A DNA stretch of 38,591 nt, from NCBI GenBank assembly GCA_038065195.1, contig JBBTRL010000057.1, positions 1-38,591 of the forward strand. Direction: 5' to 3'. Made by a program: the position numbers and the translations under genes. Of the stretch, positions 35,514 through 38,591 are shown one piece after another (the first letter of the stretch is position 1; the number at the start of each line of letters is the position of its first letter). Under the pieces are notes generated by a model. The model worked only from the letters and a program-made list of their open reading frames with translations, was not told where the DNA came from and did not search any database. This stretch comes from Patescibacteria group bacterium. Its GTDB lineage: Bacteria > Patescibacteriota > Minisyncoccia > GWA2-38-13b.

Positions 35514-35615
35514 GTGTAGTTCGCGTATTAATGATGTATTGGTGGCTTTTGGTGCGGGGTTTCGTGCTCCAAAAGTAGAAAAAGCATAAGTTCATAAAGC
35601 GTTTCAAAAAAAAGA

Positions 35616-35640
35616 AATCCTTAACATAATGTTAAGGATT
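35616..35640 (-). terminator. Intrinsic terminator for the minus-strand membrane-protein gene
   Basis: aatccttaac-ataat-gttaaggatt. The T-run is on the minus strand (plus-strand caaaaaaaag). Confidence 0.7.
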
Positions 35641-35659
35641 ATCGGAAGATTTTTAAATA

Positions 35660-36007
35660 TTATTTTAAACTTCTTTTTGCGGGAATAGATTTTATCAAAT
35701 TGAATATATTAAAGAGAGCGAATATCGGAGCGATAACAATGGGGTCATTTTGGATTATGGAGTTGTCCAGAAAAATAAAGCGTATGGCGACCGTTATTCC
35801 GAATAAGAATAAAGAAATTATCGAGGCGTTGATAGTCCATCGCAATCCCGATAACGATTCTTTTGAAAATTTATCTTTTTGGGCTTCTTTCATTAAATTT
35901 GCCCATGAGTTGCTGCGATGGCAGGTTTTTCCATATAAATACATACTGATAACGCTGATAATCGTGGCGTTCATGAAAAATAACTTGTACAATAATAAAA
36001 AGAACAT
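35660..36007 (-). CDS. Small membrane protein (115 aa)
   Basis: Hydrophobic segments are present, with SD AAAGGGGAAAT upstream and a terminator downstream. It is preferred over the overlapping plus-strand ORF. Confidence 0.55.
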   Translation of the reverse strand: MFFLLLYKLFFMNATIISVISMYLYGKTCHRSNSWANLMKEAQKDKFSKESLSGLRWTINASIISLFLFGITVAIRFIFLDNSIIQNDPIVIAPIFALFNIFNLIKSIPAKRSLK

Positions 36008-36077
36008 AATATTTCCCCTTTCTCTAATTTTGGCAATTTAACCTATTTTTAAAAAATTTATTACTGTTATTATATTT

Positions 36078-37292
36078 ATGTTTAAAGCAATTGTGTCAAA
36101 AAGTCAAATGGTTGGAGAGTCGCGTCGTTCGGCGAGCAAGTGGTACGCTTATTTTTTGGCAATCGGCAGTCTTGCCGGAACCATAATCGGTCTTGGCATG
36201 TTCGGTATTCCGTATGTGGCGATGAAATCGGGAATTTGGCTTACATTAGGTTATATTTTGATTTTGGGTTTGATTACTTTTTTGCTTCATGCCATGTACC
36301 TTGAAATTACATTACGTACCAAGGAAAGCCATCGTTTTCCCGGATATGTGGAAATCTATTTGGGTAAGAAGTGGAAGCATTTTTCCTTTTTATTGGGTAT
36401 AGTTGGCGCGTCGGGTTCGCTTTTGATTTATACGATCGTGGGCGGTGAGTTTATCAATATTTTGATTGGACCGGTTTTTGGAAATTCGGTTTTTTGGTCC
36501 GGTATAGCTTTTTTTGTTTTTGGAAGCTATATGATCATACGGCCGTTCAGAGATATCGGAAAAATAGAAGCGATTTGTACGGTTTTGATGGTGGCGGCAG
36601 TTTTTTGGTTTTTGGCTAAGGGGATTTTCGGTGGTTACGCCAATTATGATAATTTTAGTTCCATAAATTGGGATGAATGGTTTTTGCCTTACGGCGTTAT
36701 TTTATTCGCGATGGGCGGATTTTCTATGATTCCATCGCTTGAAAATATTTTGGATAAAGAAATCAAAAAAGGCGAGCGGATACATTTCGGGAAAATCGCT
36801 TTCTGGGGAACTTTTATTCCGATGATTGTTTATGCAGTATTTGCCGTCGCGGTATTGGGAATTACCGGCGCTGGTACAAGCGAAGAAGCTTTGACGGGAT
36901 TGCAAGGCGTTTTTGGAAATGGATTAGTAAAAATCGCGGCGTTAATCGGATTTTTAGCGTTGTTCACTTCTTTTATCGCGATTGGCAATGATTTGAAAAG
37001 AAATTTTACGGATGATTACCGATTGCCGAATTTAATGAGCGTTGTTTTGACTTTGTTTCCTCCTCTTGCCGTGTTTTTATTTAAGATCGCCGGTTTTATT
37101 GAAGTGATGGGTTTTTTGGGCGGAGCGCTTGGCGTTTACGCTTATGTGATTATAATTTTGCTTTTTTATAGAGCCAAGAAAAATGGTGAAATGACGCCGC
37201 TTTTTTCTTTTCAATTTCCCAAATGGTTAGCTTGCATTTTAGCGGTGATGTTTATTATTGCCGGTATTTATACTATAATGGAGATGTTATAA
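36078..37292 (+). CDS. Amino-acid permease (APC superfamily, Trp/Tyr-permease or Aa_trans-like), about 11 TM segments
   Basis: The ORF is hydrophobic throughout. The N-terminal block is GSLAGTIIGLGMFGIPYV. Confidence 0.7.
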   Translation: MFKAIVSKSQMVGESRRSASKWYAYFLAIGSLAGTIIGLGMFGIPYVAMKSGIWLTLGYILILGLITFLLHAMYLEITLRTKESHRFPGYVEIYLGKKWKHFSFLLGIVGASGSLLIYTIVGGEFINILIGPVFGNSVFWSGIAFFVFGSYMIIRPFRDIGKIEAICTVLMVAAVFWFLAKGIFGGYANYDNFSSINWDEWFLPYGVILFAMGGFSMIPSLENILDKEIKKGERIHFGKIAFWGTFIPMIVYAVFAVAVLGITGAGTSEEALTGLQGVFGNGLVKIAALIGFLALFTSFIAIGNDLKRNFTDDYRLPNLMSVVLTLFPPLAVFLFKIAGFIEVMGFLGGALGVYAYVIIILLFYRAKKNGEMTPLFSFQFPKWLACILAVMFIIAGIYTIMEML

Positions 37293-37310
37293 TTTTTTAA
37301 TCAATAATTT

Positions 37311-37318
37311 TGTAATAT
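37311..37318 (+). promoter_or_regulatory. Extended -10 TGTAATAT placed 5 nt before the glgA ATG (leaderless candidate)
   Basis: TGTAATAT-CGGGT-ATG(37324). Confidence 0.4.
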
Positions 37319-37323
37319 CGGGT

Positions 37324-38591
37324 ATGACATATTTTTCAAAAAGTGGAAAACTGAAAATTCTTTTTGTCGCTTCGGAGGCCAGGCCATTTATGAAAGTGGG
37401 CGGTCTTGGTGAAATTATGTATTCCTTGCCAAAAGCGTTGCGTGATTTGGGTCACGATGCGAGAATAATGATTCCCAAATACGCTTCAATGGATACTGAG
37501 AAATTTATTTTTAAGTCGGACTTGCGGCAATTAACGGTTGTTCCTGTTTCTATGGATCAAGCCGGTTTATTTGTTTGCAATGTTTTGCGGTATGATAATG
37601 AAAAGGGTAAAACCGAGGCCTATTTTTTGGAAAATCAAGAATATTATGAAAAGCGCGCAAATACTTATGGTTATGCTGACGATGCGGTGCGCTGGGCGCT
37701 TCTTTCAAAAGGAGCTTTGGAGTTTATAAAGCAATCAGTTTGGAAGCCGGATATTATAGTCGCTTCCGATTGGCAGGCAGGTTTAATTCCTAATTATATT
37801 CATACGGTTTATAGAGACGATCCGGCGCTTTCAAAAATCGCCACTCTTTTCTCCATACATAATCTTGCGTATCAAGGAATGTTTGATCATCATTTTGTAA
37901 GCGATATGGATTTTGATTCCGGACAGGAAGAAATTCCGGAATTTGATAATCCGCGGCTTTTGAAATTGAATTTTATGCGGCGCGGAATTATGCACGCGGA
38001 TGCGATCAACACTGTTTCATCTACTTATGCCAAAGAAATAACGATGCCGGAATACGGCGAGTTGCTTAATGATTTATTGAAAGAGCGCCGGTCGCGTCTT
38101 TTCGGAATATTGAACGGTATTAATAATGATGACTATAATCCGGAAAAAGATTCTAATATTAAAATTAATTACAGTGTTAAAAATATCGGTCGGCGAAAAA
38201 GCAACAAAGTGGTATTGCAAAATAAATTTAATTTGGAAGAAAAAGAAGATGTTCCGCTTTTCGGTATCGTCTCTCGCTTAACCGATCAAAAGGGTCTTGG
38301 ACTTTTTTTTGATATAGCCGAATCTTTATTAACCGGCTTTGATTTTCAACTCATCGTATTGGGTTCCGGAGATGCCAATTTTACATCTTTTTTTCAAGAT
38401 TTGGCAAATAAGTATCCAAAAAGGGTAGCCGGTCATTTTACTTACGACGAGACATTGCCGCGTTTTATACTTGCCGGCGCGGATTCTATTTTGATACCGT
38501 CAAAATTTGAGCCATGCGGATTGACGCAAATGGAGGCTATGCGTTATGGCGCCGTGCCGATAGTCAGAAAAACCGGCGGACTCGCCGATAG
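37324..38591 (+). CDS. glgA: Glycogen/starch synthase (GT5), truncated at the 3' end by the window edge; absent from the ORF track
   Basis: My own translation gives MTYFSKSGKLKILFVASEARPFMKVGGLGEIM..., SDWQAGLIPNY, FSIHNLAYQG and EPCGLTQMEAMRYGAVPIVRKTGGLAD. The frame is open to the end of the window. Confidence 0.9.
   Translation, partial: MTYFSKSGKLKILFVASEARPFMKVGGLGEIMYSLPKALRDLGHDARIMIPKYASMDTEKFIFKSDLRQLTVVPVSMDQAGLFVCNVLRYDNEKGKTEAYFLENQEYYEKRANTYGYADDAVRWALLSKGALEFIKQSVWKPDIIVASDWQAGLIPNYIHTVYRDDPALSKIATLFSIHNLAYQGMFDHHFVSDMDFDSGQEEIPEFDNPRLLKLNFMRRGIMHADAINTVSSTYAKEITMPEYGELLNDLLKERRSRLFGILNGINNDDYNPEKDSNIKINYSVKNIGRRKSNKVVLQNKFNLEEKEDVPLFGIVSRLTDQKGLGLFFDIAESLLTGFDFQLIVLGSGDANFTSFFQDLANKYPKRVAGHFTYDETLPRFILAGADSILIPSKFEPCGLTQMEAMRYGAVPIVRKTGGLAD

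Noticed and set aside
35514-35615. tRNA or other small RNA downstream of the TagA-family gene (cttttgg...ccaaaag stem at 35546-35575)
   Set aside because: There is only a single 7-bp stem with a poorly paired 16-nt interior. There is no cloverleaf, no T-loop or anticodon-arm geometry, no promoter and no terminator.
35700-36041. 113-aa plus-strand ORF
   Set aside because: The overlapping minus-strand ORF (35660-36007) has a good SD, a hydrophobic membrane-protein profile and a correctly oriented terminator. The plus-strand ORF has none of these.
1-38591. Alternative genetic code (UGA recoding), as in some uncultivated lineages
   Set aside because: Well-supported genes end at TGA. For example, the B12::GTPase fusion ends at 18706-18708, overlapping the etfB ATG. 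All homologues are full length without reading through any stop codon.

Overview
This is an AT-rich bacterial window that uses the standard genetic code, with UGA as a stop. I make 38 protein-coding calls and saw no rRNA, tRNA, CRISPR array, transposase or integrase. The window falls into two parts. Part 1 (about 0.45-28.5 kb) is a dense acyl-CoA metabolism supercluster. It holds crotonase and 3-hydroxybutyryl-CoA dehydrogenase, and the methylcitrate genes prpC-prpD-prpB. It has two acyl-CoA dehydrogenases, one glutaryl-CoA-DH-like and paired with an MBL-fold hydrolase. It has an AMP-forming acyl-CoA synthetase with an SCP-x-type thiolase and a DUF35 protein. It also has a PanB-family enzyme next to an unrecognisable 320-aa protein. 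A B12 acyl-CoA mutase barrel with isobutyryl-CoA-mutase-type specificity residues is followed by a B12-domain::MeaB-like GTPase fusion, then EtfB, EtfA and thiolase II. The remaining genes are a membrane HdrD-like Fe-S oxidoreductase, deoC with a kinase-like::NDT-like fusion, and an ADP-forming acyl-CoA synthetase. Part 2 (28.6-38.6 kb) holds fmt-def-priA, a HepT/MntA toxin-antitoxin pair inside a diverged segmental duplication, a SAM methyltransferase, a TagA-family glycosyltransferase, a permease and glgA. Five observations stand out. (a) GC-rich stem-loops, a 38-nt palindrome and heptanucleotide repeats sit in-frame inside priA and the tagA-like gene. (b) The priA homologue has lost its ATPase motifs. 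(c) The mutase module has a split IcmF-like architecture. (d) A leader motif, AGTTTTTTGAAAA, recurs downstream of extended -10 boxes at about 10 operon starts. (e) A second class of genes has TGnTAnnAT followed by 6 nt and then ATG, which suggests leaderless mRNAs. All homology statements come from motif recognition by eye. No searches were run.
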